Translations under genes and position numbers: made by a program
The notes under the pieces: generated by a model
Told to the model about the DNA's origin: nothing
What the model saw: only the letters and a program-made list of their open reading frames with translations
Databases searched by the model: none
Part shown: one piece after another, positions 1-9,566 of the stretch
Layout of the letters: each line of letters starts with the position of its first letter
Numbering within the stretch: position 1 is the first letter of the stretch
Assembly (NCBI GenBank): GCA_964612945.1
Contig: CAZTFR010000006.1
Coordinates: 742-64,741, forward strand
Length of the DNA stretch: 64,000 nucleotides
Source of the DNA: an uncultured Thermoplasmatales archaeon
Lineage (GTDB): Archaea > Thermoplasmatota > E2 > DHVEG-1
Direction: 5' to 3'

Positions 1-1861
1 TGTTTATTTTGCCATTAGTTGGTCCTGCAAGATCTGTAGGAACTACTGGAGCCTGTGATTCTACTGCAACAACTAGAGATGGATCGATAAAGGGTTGCCA
101 TTCTTCAACAGTTTTGTAATCGACTCCGTCCATTCCTGCAAAAATATAATTAGTAATCGCACTGGTCCACATCTCCCCAAGTGTTTTTGCTCCTTCTGCT
201 CTATAGGCTTTAAACATATTCAATGCCATTTTTTCTACAAGACCTTTTGTGGCATCGTCACTGATATATGCCCATCCAAGACCGGTTGCTCCAAATGAAC
301 CAATTCCTCCACCATTAGGGTTTGCAACCCATGCCCAGGAGTAACAATTTTCAAATTCATTGTATTTTGAAACACTACATGCACCAGTTATGACAATCGG
401 AAGTTTATCCCCATTAGTGCGATCCAATACTTTGTTGTAGTCATATCGTCCAGCAGGGGTTGGCACCCAGACAAACTTACTACTATTATGAGGGTGTGTG
501 GCGTACACTTTTGGATTACCATGACCCGAAAAGTCGATAAATCCAGCACCCGATTCAACAGCAGAATTAATACTAGCGATACCGGATGGAACCACACCAT
601 TTAAAACACCATTTGAAACCCAAAGTCTTGTGGGAATAAAGCCATCCATAACCTTGAAAACCTCCTCATTTACAAATTCGCCTTCGTTCACTCCAGATTC
701 ATCACCATAGGCATTGGTAAAGGAATCTCCACCTACACCAATAATATTAGTAAACCAGCTCTTCGTATATGCACGGTTTGTTTCGTATGTAATTATTTTA
801 TCAACCGCGGTGGTCACTTGAGCCTCGTTTATACAGGCAAGACGACCGAGGTAGACATCAGGGTATAAATCCACTTCATCAGTGAGTTGTTGACTGCCCC
901 ATTGATATTCACCAAACAAATTATTTTCATTAGAATCCCATGAACTAAAATTAAAAGTATCATTATAGATATCTGCATAATATAGATCAGTAACAAAAAG
1001 CTCATCATCTTCCTCATTTGCAACTACATGTGTGGTTCGGCTTGGAAATTTACCATCGCCACCAACAAGAAGAACATATTTTATATCCCATTGTTCGATG
1101 GCATTTTTTATAAAATATTTAATTTGTTCTGCCTCATCGCGTCCTTGTACCGTAAAAAAATCACCATTATAGATTTCATCAAGTGTTACAAGCGTAGAAT
1201 TTACCCCCCGATTGTTCTTATGAGAAATAAGAGATGTAAGCTCATCGGAAAATTCCGCAGGGGTTAATACGATTAAATCGTATTTTTCCTGTGCAGATGT
1301 CGGGAGATGAGATCTTTCTGTGTATTTGATATCTACATCAAAAAATTCAGTGTAGCTAATTTTTTGCTCCAGGGGATGATATTGAACAGGATAGAACTGA
1401 ACTTTTACAATAACCTTACGAGTATCTTTTATAATCCCCATTCCCACATCATAGTCATACCAGATGTCAAGAGCCCGGTATTCATTTTTCATTGAAGAAC
1501 GCGTAGAAACAATTTGTTGCGGGTTACTCATCAATACTGGAGTTGGTGATACAGCAAGAGGCTTGGAAACTGATTTCATATGGATACTTTGTGGAGTGCA
1601 GACAACATTTTCGATATGGGTCCCGACAGGAAAAGTAAAGGTTTGGACCTTCATTGGAACCATGTAATGATCTTTTTTAATGAAAAATTCAGAGGTTTCA
1701 GCTAAAACAATCGACGTGGTATCTTCTGAGAGGTGTAGCTGAGGTTTTGAAAATGAAACAATAGCAAGTAATTTTTGATCAGCATCATCAGATAGAGCAA
1801 CTGCTTGAAATCCACTTAGGATAAGACTACAGAATATGATAATGAAAACAATCTTCTTCAT
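1..1861 (-). CDS. Secreted peptidase C25 (gingipain-like) cysteine protease, truncated by the left window edge
   Basis: Absent from the ORF track because it runs off the edge. My reverse-complement translation from ATG at 1861 stays open to position 1. It shows the signal peptide MKKIVFIIIFCSLILSGFQAVA, then YPDVYLGRL, FSGHGNP (His context) and ITGACSVSKY (Cys context), the His/Cys dyad layout of clan CD C25 peptidases. Confidence 0.7.
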   Translation of the reverse strand, partial: MKKIVFIIIFCSLILSGFQAVALSDDADQKLLAIVSFSKPQLHLSEDTTSIVLAETSEFFIKKDHYMVPMKVQTFTFPVGTHIENVVCTPQSIHMKSVSKPLAVSPTPVLMSNPQQIVSTRSSMKNEYRALDIWYDYDVGMGIIKDTRKVIVKVQFYPVQYHPLEQKISYTEFFDVDIKYTERSHLPTSAQEKYDLIVLTPAEFSDELTSLISHKNNRGVNSTLVTLDEIYNGDFFTVQGRDEAEQIKYFIKNAIEQWDIKYVLLVGGDGKFPSRTTHVVANEEDDELFVTDLYYADIYNDTFNFSSWDSNENNLFGEYQWGSQQLTDEVDLYPDVYLGRLACINEAQVTTAVDKIITYETNRAYTKSWFTNIIGVGGDSFTNAYGDESGVNEGEFVNEEVFKVMDGFIPTRLWVSNGVLNGVVPSGIASINSAVESGAGFIDFSGHGNPKVYATHPHNSSKFVWVPTPAGRYDYNKVLDRTNGDKLPIVITGACSVSKYNEFENCYSWAWVANPNGGGIGSFGATGLGWAYISDDATKGLVEKMALNMFKAYRAEGAKTLGEMWTSAITNYIFAGMDGVDYKTVEEWQPFIDPSLVVAVESQAPVVPTDLAGPTNGKIN

Positions 1862-1999
1862 ATATTTTCCCTATATATTATGTAAATATTACACTATATA
1901 AATATATCGACTAATGATAGAAGCATCCTTTCTTCTAATACTGATTTTTTATTTTAAATAACATTTTTATTGCCCAAAAATTCAAAATTAGGAAAAAAA

Positions 2000-2329
2000 T
2001 TACAAGTCATCATTCTTAAAAAACTGAAGTAACGATTTGATGGTACCTGAAATTCGCTTGGTTTCTATAGATACTGGTGTGGTAGCAATAGATGAAAGTG
2101 AATGTAAAAGTGCTATTGCTTCATCTACTATGGTATGTTTACAACGGAGAATCCCCTGAGGATGATCATACCGTATTAGATAAAAGCGACCATCTCTCCA
2201 TGAAATGGAGCTTTCATGCTGACACTGCTGACGAAGTGCATGAAGAACCTCTTTTTTTGTAAACGAGGCAGAATCTGTTGCTTTTAATAAAAAATGGATA
2301 TATCGAAAGCGAAAAGGCCGTCGTAACAT
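2000..2329 (-). CDS. rnp2: RNase P protein component 2 (Pop5/Rpp14 homolog)
   Basis: 109 aa with RFRYIHF, GILRCKH and ISGTIK, in the order seen in archaeal Pop5 proteins. Confidence 0.7.
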   Translation of the reverse strand: MLRRPFRFRYIHFLLKATDSASFTKKEVLHALRQQCQHESSISWRDGRFYLIRYDHPQGILRCKHTIVDEAIALLHSLSSIATTPVSIETKRISGTIKSLLQFFKNDDL

Positions 2330-2387
2330 GCAGTGTCACCTATATGATAAAAAGAATACTTCAGAGATATTATCCGTAGCACAAGCA

Positions 2388-3125
2388 TTATTCAGATTCG
2401 ATTCGTGGTGCCAGCAAATACGTGACATGTCCATTTTTATCAGCAATGTCAAAATCGACTCGGATAGGATTGTCATTTCCAAGATGAATGGTCACGGGAT
2501 CATCGTTTTTAACAGGTTTTATCATATTACTAAAGTAATCAATGGAGAAAAGACTTTTGAATTTACCCGAGGATTTCAGCTCAACAAGCAGTTCCTTTGG
2601 CAGTTTTAGATTCACCGTATCAGTATCGCCTTCTGCGTAGAGTTCAAAGTAATCTTTTTCCATGGTTAATGCTAAATGATCAGATACTGCTTCAGAGGCA
2701 CGAACGCCTTTGCTCAGTTCTGAGGCTTTAACAACGGTTTTTGCGGGGAGTTCCAGGTTGGGGACCTTGGAATCAGGCATCCCTGCAGTATCTATCAATC
2801 CCATTCTACGAACCAAGTTACCGATCTTTACAATCAACCGGTTGGATTCCTCATCATATTCTAAGGATACCGTATCTCCTGATCCGGCAAGCTTCATAAT
2901 ACCACTTAGTTTATCAAGATCAAGGCCAAGCTCCATGTCTTTTGCTTTGTATTCTTCAAACGCCTCTTTTTTGATATTCAGATCTACCATTGCAACATGT
3001 GCGGGATCAACAGCGCGTAGCGAAAGTCCTTTTGGAGTTATGTTAAACTTTGCTTCGTTAACTAAAGGTGATGTTACATCAATTATGCCTTTGATGATAT
3101 CTGATTTTACCTTAACTGTAAACAT
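2388..3125 (-). CDS. pcn: DNA polymerase sliding clamp PCNA
   Basis: 245 aa, typical archaeal PCNA length and two-domain pattern. GGGGAGGT Shine-Dalgarno site 9 nt upstream of the ATG at 3125. Confidence 0.9.
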   Translation of the reverse strand: MFTVKVKSDIIKGIIDVTSPLVNEAKFNITPKGLSLRAVDPAHVAMVDLNIKKEAFEEYKAKDMELGLDLDKLSGIMKLAGSGDTVSLEYDEESNRLIVKIGNLVRRMGLIDTAGMPDSKVPNLELPAKTVVKASELSKGVRASEAVSDHLALTMEKDYFELYAEGDTDTVNLKLPKELLVELKSSGKFKSLFSIDYFSNMIKPVKNDDPVTIHLGNDNPIRVDFDIADKNGHVTYLLAPRIESE

Positions 3126-3260
3126 TCCTTGTGAACCTCCCCTAGGAAAACTTACGTTTGTAAAGAATGCAACTTGGCTATTTAATGGTGACGGTATTTT
3201 TCTTCTATATTTTACCCTAAATAGATGTATAATCTAAAAAAAAGAAAGAGAAGAAGTGTC

Positions 3261-3914
3261 TTAGGATTTTAGACAATTTAATGGGGAAAAATCAAACCCT
3301 CTAATGGTACTTGTTTTCCCAAAGAAAAAGGTGTAGGAATGCTCGGTGATACTGCTATGTCGATAGATATAGAGCCCAACGAAGTTTGTCATTAATCCAA
3401 TTTGTCGGCCTTTGATCGTTTTCAGATTAAAGGGATAGGGATCGATAATGAGTGTATTGCTGTTTATCAATAAGTTGGATCGACCGGAATAGTACCAACC
3501 AGTAATGGGTCTGAATAATTGTGCTTTATTTTCTCTAAGGGGGATAAATTTTGGTCCAAATCCCCAGCTAAGCACAAAGGCATCCTTACGAAGTGGACGA
3601 AACAGATTGAAATTCGATGCAACATCCAGGATTTTGACGATGAATTGAATCAACGCCATGAGAAGCGGATGTCGTCCATATTCCTTTGTGAAACCCGTAG
3701 CAATGGAGAGAAGCTCAGGGAACGATTCAGCTTTTTCCATTTGGTTTACCAGCTCTGGTAAGAACTGGTCAAGCTCTTGTAGCTCTTGGCGTGTCATCTT
3801 TAGGTTTGACATAAAAGTCCCATCATTCGTTTGGACTGCAGTTGCGGGTTGCAGTGCTAATCCAAGAAACAGTAGAATGGTTCCAAAGACAAGTGGTATT
3901 TTTATCTTAGACAT
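3261..3914 (-). CDS. Secreted protein of unknown function, paralog 1 of a tandem pair
   Basis: Signal peptide MSKIKIPLVFGTILLFLGLALQPATA. C-terminal half aligns with the 4066..4752 product (FVLSWGFG / LVLSYGAY ... SYTFFFGK..RGFDF / SYTFFIGR..RAFDF). Start moved to the ATG at 3914, which has GAGGG upstream. Confidence 0.6.
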   Translation of the reverse strand: MSKIKIPLVFGTILLFLGLALQPATAVQTNDGTFMSNLKMTRQELQELDQFLPELVNQMEKAESFPELLSIATGFTKEYGRHPLLMALIQFIVKILDVASNFNLFRPLRKDAFVLSWGFGPKFIPLRENKAQLFRPITGWYYSGRSNLLINSNTLIIDPYPFNLKTIKGRQIGLMTNFVGLYIYRHSSITEHSYTFFFGKTSTIRGFDFSPLNCLKS

Positions 3915-4065
3915 AATACATTCCCTCATAGGTAAATCGTATTTGTTTACTTTATGTAATCTATATTATTTTGATTATTTATATAATTTTCTACGTTTTA
4001 ACATAATATTAATTTTTTCTCGCAATAAAAAGAACCGGATTATACGTTTTTATTGCTGTATATGA

Positions 4066-4752
4066 TTACCGCTGAAGAGAAAAATCAAAGTTGAAATCAA
4101 AGGCACGTACACGTTGTGCACGGCCGATAAAAAACGTATAGCTCATATCCGTCATTTTACTTTCAATATCGCAATAAAACCCACGGAATCCTTTCATGAT
4201 GCCAAATTGTATTCCATTAGTCCGCACCACTTCAAAGGGTCGAAATTTCACAACTAATGTTCGCCCAGTAAGAACTTTTGCACGAGGGCCATAATGCCAA
4301 ACGCTCAATCCCCGTTTAACCACTTGAATCTCGTTTTCTTTCAAAAGATTATATCTCTTATAAGCACCGTAGCTTAACACCAATGGATCAGACAGCCGAT
4401 TTGCAAGCGCTGTCTGGGTTCCTTGTTTTTTAGAAAGTATCTTCCCAGGTTTAGTACTGAGATAGGTCGTAAAAAGATGTAATAATTTCTCGATAACGTC
4501 CTGTACAATGGTCGTATTTGGTGGAAACGATGCATCTGCATATTCTTCGAGAATACGAACGATATCTTCTTCAGATGATGCTTCCTGCTCAATGCGATCC
4601 ATAAGCGAACCAAGAACGCGATCAATTTCAGGTTGAATTTGTTTTTGAAAAGAAGATTGCTTAATAGGTCCTGCAGTTATACATGGTGCATACACTGTAA
4701 CTATAAGTAAAAGAATACATCCAATACTCAATACTGCTTGCTTTTTTCTCAT
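4066..4752 (-). CDS. Secreted protein of unknown function, paralog 2 of a tandem pair
   Basis: Signal peptide MRKKQAVLSIGCILLLIVTVYAPCITA. Shares the C-terminal module with 3261..3914. Confidence 0.6.
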   Translation of the reverse strand: MRKKQAVLSIGCILLLIVTVYAPCITAGPIKQSSFQKQIQPEIDRVLGSLMDRIEQEASSEEDIVRILEEYADASFPPNTTIVQDVIEKLLHLFTTYLSTKPGKILSKKQGTQTALANRLSDPLVLSYGAYKRYNLLKENEIQVVKRGLSVWHYGPRAKVLTGRTLVVKFRPFEVVRTNGIQFGIMKGFRGFYCDIESKMTDMSYTFFIGRAQRVRAFDFNFDFSLQR

Positions 4753-4837
4753 ACTCTTGTCACCTGCATAGTATTATTTCTGACTAAAAAATAGATTGAT
4801 TTGAATCATTTATATATTTTTCTATAAAAAAAAATTT

Positions 4838-5137
4838 TTAATAGGCACGCCATCGATGCCCACATTTCACACAAGTGTAAATCCTGGTTTCTGGTTCGTC
4901 ACTACTTCGTGTTTGTCGCAAAACCCAATACGCCTCATTATGATCACACTTGGGACATCGGACCTTGGTTTTTGGAAGAATATCAATATTTTTCTCAAGT
5001 ACAACCGTCTCTTTTTCTTTACGTTTTGAGACCAGAACAGCGCTGCCTTCCTTTTCCTTTTCAAACCCACATTTTGTACAAATAAATTTTTCATCTTTTG
5101 GAAACATCAACGTTTTACACTTCGGACAAAACACCAT
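4838..5137 (-). CDS. tfs: Transcription factor S (TFS, RpoM-like)
   Basis: N-terminal zinc ribbon MVFCPKC...CTKCG. C-terminal ribbon CPKCDHNEAYWVLRQTRSSDEPETRIYTCVKCGHRW carries the acidic DE loop. Canonical M-x-F-C-P start chosen; the track start at 5149 would overlap the upstream gene. Confidence 0.88.
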   Translation of the reverse strand: MVFCPKCKTLMFPKDEKFICTKCGFEKEKEGSAVLVSKRKEKETVVLEKNIDILPKTKVRCPKCDHNEAYWVLRQTRSSDEPETRIYTCVKCGHRWRAY

Positions 5138-5141
5138 ACTC

Positions 5142-5537
5142 TTAATCACCTACCGCATCGTTAATAATTTTTTCATGATCAAAAGATAACTCGGGAAGAT
5201 TTTGTAAGGGAAAAAAACTAACAGCTGCTGCATCATCACCTGCTTTTTCTGAACCCGCAATGATATCAAGCTGATAAACGATGGTAATAGTGTGGCCTCT
5301 TGGATCGCGCTCAGGATCTGAATAGACACCGACTAATCGTTGAATGCGCGTCTTTAGACTGGTTTCCTCCAATACCTCTCGAATTACAGCATTTTCGGTG
5401 GTTTCTCCATACTCGACAAATCCTCCGGGTAATGCCCATTTCCCCTTGAATGGATCGTTTTTTCGTTTCACTAAAAGAACATGTTTGTTCTGAATAATGA
5501 CCGCATCGGTAGTAAGGGACGGATTTTTAAAAGCCAT
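5142..5537 (-). CDS. NUDIX hydrolase
   Basis: Nudix box GGFVEYGETTENAVIREVLEETSL (GX5EX7REUXEEXGU). Confidence 0.85.
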   Translation of the reverse strand: MAFKNPSLTTDAVIIQNKHVLLVKRKNDPFKGKWALPGGFVEYGETTENAVIREVLEETSLKTRIQRLVGVYSDPERDPRGHTITIVYQLDIIAGSEKAGDDAAAVSFFPLQNLPELSFDHEKIINDAVGD

Positions 5538-5696
5538 TGCAACCAGAAAATAGGTTGCCCTATAAAATAGTTAGGTATTATTTCTCTGATCGCAGAGAAC
5601 AAATGTAATGTTTATCATCAGAAAAAATACTTACTCAAGTAAAGCCTACCTGAAAATATCTTAACAGAATTAGAGAATAAAAGAGAAATTTTTTTA

Positions 5697-6053
5697 TTAG
5701 TTATTGCGAATTTGCATAACCCATTTACTTCTCGGCATTTTTTGATAAACAGCGTAGGGATCTTCGACAATTTGTGGTTTGCGAAATGCGTGTTCTTTAA
5801 TTGTTTGCTTGTCAAATGACCAGTAATATTTTCTAATATTTTTTCCTTTTTCTTTGAATTCTTCACGGCGAAGTTTCAGTAATTTTTTTTGGTGTAAGTC
5901 ATAAAATACCGAACGAATGTGTTTATCCACGCTCATATCTTCAATTTCTTTTCTTCCCCGGAACACTGTTTCAACTGCTTTTGCCAGCTCTTTTGCATCC
6001 TCTTTTGTCATCTCATATGCATTGATAAGCGCCCGTATAAATAAATCGTCCAT
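5697..6053 (-). CDS. Hypothetical protein, basic and helical
   Basis: 118-aa ORF with coding-like composition in a gene-sized gap. No motif recognised. Confidence 0.45.
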   Translation of the reverse strand: MDDLFIRALINAYEMTKEDAKELAKAVETVFRGRKEIEDMSVDKHIRSVFYDLHQKKLLKLRREEFKEKGKNIRKYYWSFDKQTIKEHAFRKPQIVEDPYAVYQKMPRSKWVMQIRNN

Positions 6054-6197
6054 AATTCATCACCACACATCCTACTTTGTAAGTTTAGTTTTAAACGGTT
6101 TATTGTACACTTCTTACCATGCTTCTGGACAGTTCTTATCATTCTGCTATTTTCCAACCATGAGAAATCGTAAATATTAGTGGGGAGATGTGTGGGT

Positions 6198-6866
6198 ATG
6201 ACTTATTATCGCATCCGAAATTCCTCTGATCGTCTGGCAATAGGAAAGCTTATTTGTCTTGCTCGCACGTATAAGAAACATGCAGAAGAAATGAATGCTA
6301 AAATACCCGATTTACCTCTTCTTTTTTTAAAACCAGAGAGTGCGGTTATTTTTTCCAATCAATCGGTGATATTGCCGCCACAGTCACAATCCGTTCATCA
6401 TGAAGTAGAACTGGGAGTAGTCATTGGAAAGAAGGGAAAAGATGTTTCTGTCACAAAAGCAATGGATTATGTATATGGCTATCTTGTGGGCTTGGATATT
6501 ACCGCTCGCGATATTCAAACCATTGCAAAACAAAATGGTTGGCCGTGGAGTATTGCAAAAGGATTTGATACCTTTGCACCCATCAGTGATGTTGTGCTAA
6601 AAGAGGAGATTTCTGACCCTCATAATATCGAAATTGTCTTACAGATCAATCAGATAATGAAACAACGGTCAAATACAAAACATCTGGTTTTTCCTATACC
6701 ACAACTCATTTCCTTTATCTCCTCCATTATGACGATAAAAGCTGGTGATTTAATCCTCACGGGAACTCCTGAAGGAGTCGGAAAGCTCCATCCTAATGAC
6801 TCTATTGTTGCCTCGTTAGGCCCCTATTGCGATCTCTGCGTAGACGTACAAAGATTGAAACGTTAA
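6198..6866 (+). CDS. Fumarylacetoacetate hydrolase (FAH) family protein
   Basis: LFLKPESAV, HHEVELGVVIGKKG, GLDITARD and LILTGTPEGVG, typical of FAH-family hydratases/isomerases. ATG at 6198 is preceded by GGGGAG. Confidence 0.8.
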   Translation: MTYYRIRNSSDRLAIGKLICLARTYKKHAEEMNAKIPDLPLLFLKPESAVIFSNQSVILPPQSQSVHHEVELGVVIGKKGKDVSVTKAMDYVYGYLVGLDITARDIQTIAKQNGWPWSIAKGFDTFAPISDVVLKEEISDPHNIEIVLQINQIMKQRSNTKHLVFPIPQLISFISSIMTIKAGDLILTGTPEGVGKLHPNDSIVASLGPYCDLCVDVQRLKR

Positions 6867-7783
6867 GATTGCTGTATCTTCTCTTTAAGAATGCATGTTT
6901 TACAGAGCGTCTGAGAGGTTGGTTCATTGCACAGTGTACAGGTATTCAACGAAATAGGTGGATAGAGAGTAAGAAGATGCTCTTTTAAGGCATCGTAGGA
7001 GTTAAGAATACTATGTTTCGTCCCTGGATTTTTATCTTCCAATAGGTCAAGAATATCCCGAAATTTCCCTCGAAATGCATGTGGTGCATAGGGACATTCT
7101 GCATTATGAAAGGGTATATTGTTGATAAGTGCATATAGCATGATTTCTTTCTCAGGGATACTTCGCAAAGGCATCATCCGGGGGATCAATCCCGGTTGAA
7201 CCTTATGATGGGGGCCAAGCCGTGCTAACTTCTGTAAGTCACTATTAATAAAATTCATGAGAATGGATTGTGCCATATCATCCAAGTTGTGCCCGGTAAC
7301 AAGACGGAGGAGATGATGGTGTTTTGCTTCTGTATTTAAACAAAACCGGCGAAATACCCCACAAAACGTACATTCTCCTACCTTATTGTTCTGCTGAGCA
7401 ATTTCATCCATTGTTTTTCCAATAAATTTGCGAAATGAGACAATATGATGAGGGATATCTTGTTTTAAACAGAAGTCTCGTGCGATTTCGATGCTTTTAT
7501 TTCGATATCCCTGAATTCCTTCATCAATTGTAATCGCATGAATCTGAAGATTTTTTCTTTCTGATACGAGATGATGCAGAAATGATAATGCTACAATACT
7601 ATCTTTTCCACCAGATACAGCAACGCCAATAGTTCCTTTTGCTGGAAGTTTTCCTTGCTTTTTTATCTCTTTTTTGACCCGTTTTTCAAAATATGTGTTA
7701 AAATGATCAGCACAAAGATGAGTGCCATTGTAACGAATATAGGTAACCGCTGGTTTTTTACATTTTAGACATTGGTGATGCAT
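6863..7783 (-). CDS. PP-loop ATPase, TtuA/NcsA-type tRNA 2-thiolation protein
   Basis: PP-loop SGGKDS flanked by an N-terminal CxxC...CxxH and a C-terminal CxxC...CxxC zinc finger. Confidence 0.75.
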   Translation of the reverse strand: MHHQCLKCKKPAVTYIRYNGTHLCADHFNTYFEKRVKKEIKKQGKLPAKGTIGVAVSGGKDSIVALSFLHHLVSERKNLQIHAITIDEGIQGYRNKSIEIARDFCLKQDIPHHIVSFRKFIGKTMDEIAQQNNKVGECTFCGVFRRFCLNTEAKHHHLLRLVTGHNLDDMAQSILMNFINSDLQKLARLGPHHKVQPGLIPRMMPLRSIPEKEIMLYALINNIPFHNAECPYAPHAFRGKFRDILDLLEDKNPGTKHSILNSYDALKEHLLTLYPPISLNTCTLCNEPTSQTLCKTCILKEKIQQS

Positions 7784-7792
7784 AGTGTATTC

Positions 7793-9427
7793 CTAAAAAA
7801 GAGCTGAAACTTGAAGTTCAAATCCAATAACCGGGTGATCTAAATCAAAATTAAGAATGGTTCTTGGGTGAAGCTCGCCAAAAAAACCAATTTCAGCATT
7901 GTCGCATATGAGTTGTGCACATCGGCCCGAGATGAATGCTGGATGATTTTTTTTATCTAATTTAAATGGTTTACCTAAATTTCGAAAAAGAGTTTCAACA
8001 TAGGATTTACACTCTGTGAAATTAGCTTTTGCATCGATTTTAAGAGCTGCAAGATTCCATCTATTACCAGCTTTGTTGTCAACGATAATACCGATCTCAA
8101 AGATTTGTTGGGGAAGCGGATGATGTCGATTCTGACGGAGTAATTTAAGAAGGGACGGTAAAAGACTTACTCGAAGCATTGAATAATCTTCACCAATAGG
8201 ATTTGCAAGGGATACATGAGAGAGAGGGTTCAGTCCAAGATGGTTGAATTCATCTTTTGCGTTTGATATGGAAAAGGTGGTTACTTCGTTGAATTGGAGT
8301 CCAATCATACTAGTGCGAAGATTTTGAAAAAACGGGTGTTGGGAAAGGTTCTTACCGAAGGTGAGAACGGTGGGAAGTTCCGTTGTGAAATTATCATATC
8401 CATATCCTATTGCCACGTCTTCAATGAGATCATATTCGTGAAGGATATCAGCTCGCCAGGGAGGTATTTCTACATTGATTTGATCCGAGGAGACGACTTT
8501 TGCGTTGTAGCCCATTTTATGCAAACAGTCTATTATTTGTTCAGGGGAAAATTTTGTTCCAAGTAGATTGTTAACCTCTCTAACAGAAAGCGTTTTAATA
8601 TTTGAGCTAAGATTTGGATAGGAATATGTTTTTTCTGTGTCAACCACGGTAGTTGTATAGAGCTTTGCCTTCCGTTCTGCAAGGGCTGTGGAAATAATAT
8701 TTAAGGTGTAATGAATAGCTTTTTGATCGGTTCCGGTGACGTCGATAAAAATTTCTGAGGTATAGGGGGTGACTTCAGTGAGTAAACCGTTGATGATCGG
8801 TGGAAAAGATAATACATTATTGAATTTATCAACGATAAGCGGATATGTTTCGTACTTATCAAGGATGAATGCGTATTCCTTTCCTTTTTCGTGTTTCTTC
8901 AATATATTCCGTAAGGTCATTGGATTATCTCTGGCAAGAGGGATAAAGGAGACACTATCAGGATCCACTGCCTTGTAAGTAAATGGTGGTGTTACTGGTT
9001 CAAAATTATGAACACCTATTGCTACTTTCTGGCGATTTCGCCCGATTCCATAATGCAGTTTCTCTTGTAAATCCATTAATGATGCAATAAGTTCGTCGGT
9101 CATTGTTACATTTTTAAGAAGAGCAGTAGCAACAAAAGGACGAACTGTTTTCACCGATGAATCAACATGTAATCTTACATCAGATTGGGATAGTGGATAG
9201 GTTTTCAACCCTGTTTTAAAGCCAAAAAATGCACGAGCTGCTCTGGCAATTCCTTCTACCGAAGTGAGATCGGGACGATTTGGAAAGAATTCAATAGAAA
9301 TTGTATCATTTTCTATCGAATCGAAATCTCCTCCGATCATGGGAAGATGTTCTATCAGTTTTTCTTTTGGTATCTCAAAGCCAAGTAGACTGATGAAATC
9401 ATTGTAGTCAAATGAAATTACAGGCAT
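7793..9427 (-). CDS. pheT: Phenylalanine--tRNA ligase beta subunit (archaeal type)
   Basis: 544 aa. MPVISFDYNDF...FPNRPDLTSVEGIARA N-terminus and overall length are typical of archaeal PheT. Confidence 0.88.
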   Translation of the reverse strand: MPVISFDYNDFISLLGFEIPKEKLIEHLPMIGGDFDSIENDTISIEFFPNRPDLTSVEGIARAARAFFGFKTGLKTYPLSQSDVRLHVDSSVKTVRPFVATALLKNVTMTDELIASLMDLQEKLHYGIGRNRQKVAIGVHNFEPVTPPFTYKAVDPDSVSFIPLARDNPMTLRNILKKHEKGKEYAFILDKYETYPLIVDKFNNVLSFPPIINGLLTEVTPYTSEIFIDVTGTDQKAIHYTLNIISTALAERKAKLYTTTVVDTEKTYSYPNLSSNIKTLSVREVNNLLGTKFSPEQIIDCLHKMGYNAKVVSSDQINVEIPPWRADILHEYDLIEDVAIGYGYDNFTTELPTVLTFGKNLSQHPFFQNLRTSMIGLQFNEVTTFSISNAKDEFNHLGLNPLSHVSLANPIGEDYSMLRVSLLPSLLKLLRQNRHHPLPQQIFEIGIIVDNKAGNRWNLAALKIDAKANFTECKSYVETLFRNLGKPFKLDKKNHPAFISGRCAQLICDNAEIGFFGELHPRTILNFDLDHPVIGFELQVSALF

Positions 9428-9566
9428 ACATCAAGGTGAATCATTGTTTTTAATATAACTCTTTTTGTGGTCCTTAACACTCATTTTTAATATGAGTTGT
9501 AATGGTATTAGGATTATTTTCTAATAAAGGTTTAAATAGCAGGGTGAATTTCAGAGTTGCAGGCGA

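Noticed and set aside
2710-3237. Long antisense or alternate-frame track ORFs inside strong genes (for example 2710..3237 in PCNA, 10255..10674 in the DUF373 gene, 35720..36091 in the HPS fusion, 44131..44430 in hppA, 48229..48690 in PFOR)
   Set aside because: Each is fully embedded in a gene whose product carries clear family motifs. These ORFs lack motifs and SD sites and have skewed, low-complexity composition.
5582-5599. 7-bp hairpin TTCTCTG-ATCG-CAGAGAA in the intergenic region
   Set aside because: No adjacent oligo-T tract on either strand, and it lies about 100 nt from the nearest gene end. This is insufficient to call an archaeal terminator or an RNA gene.
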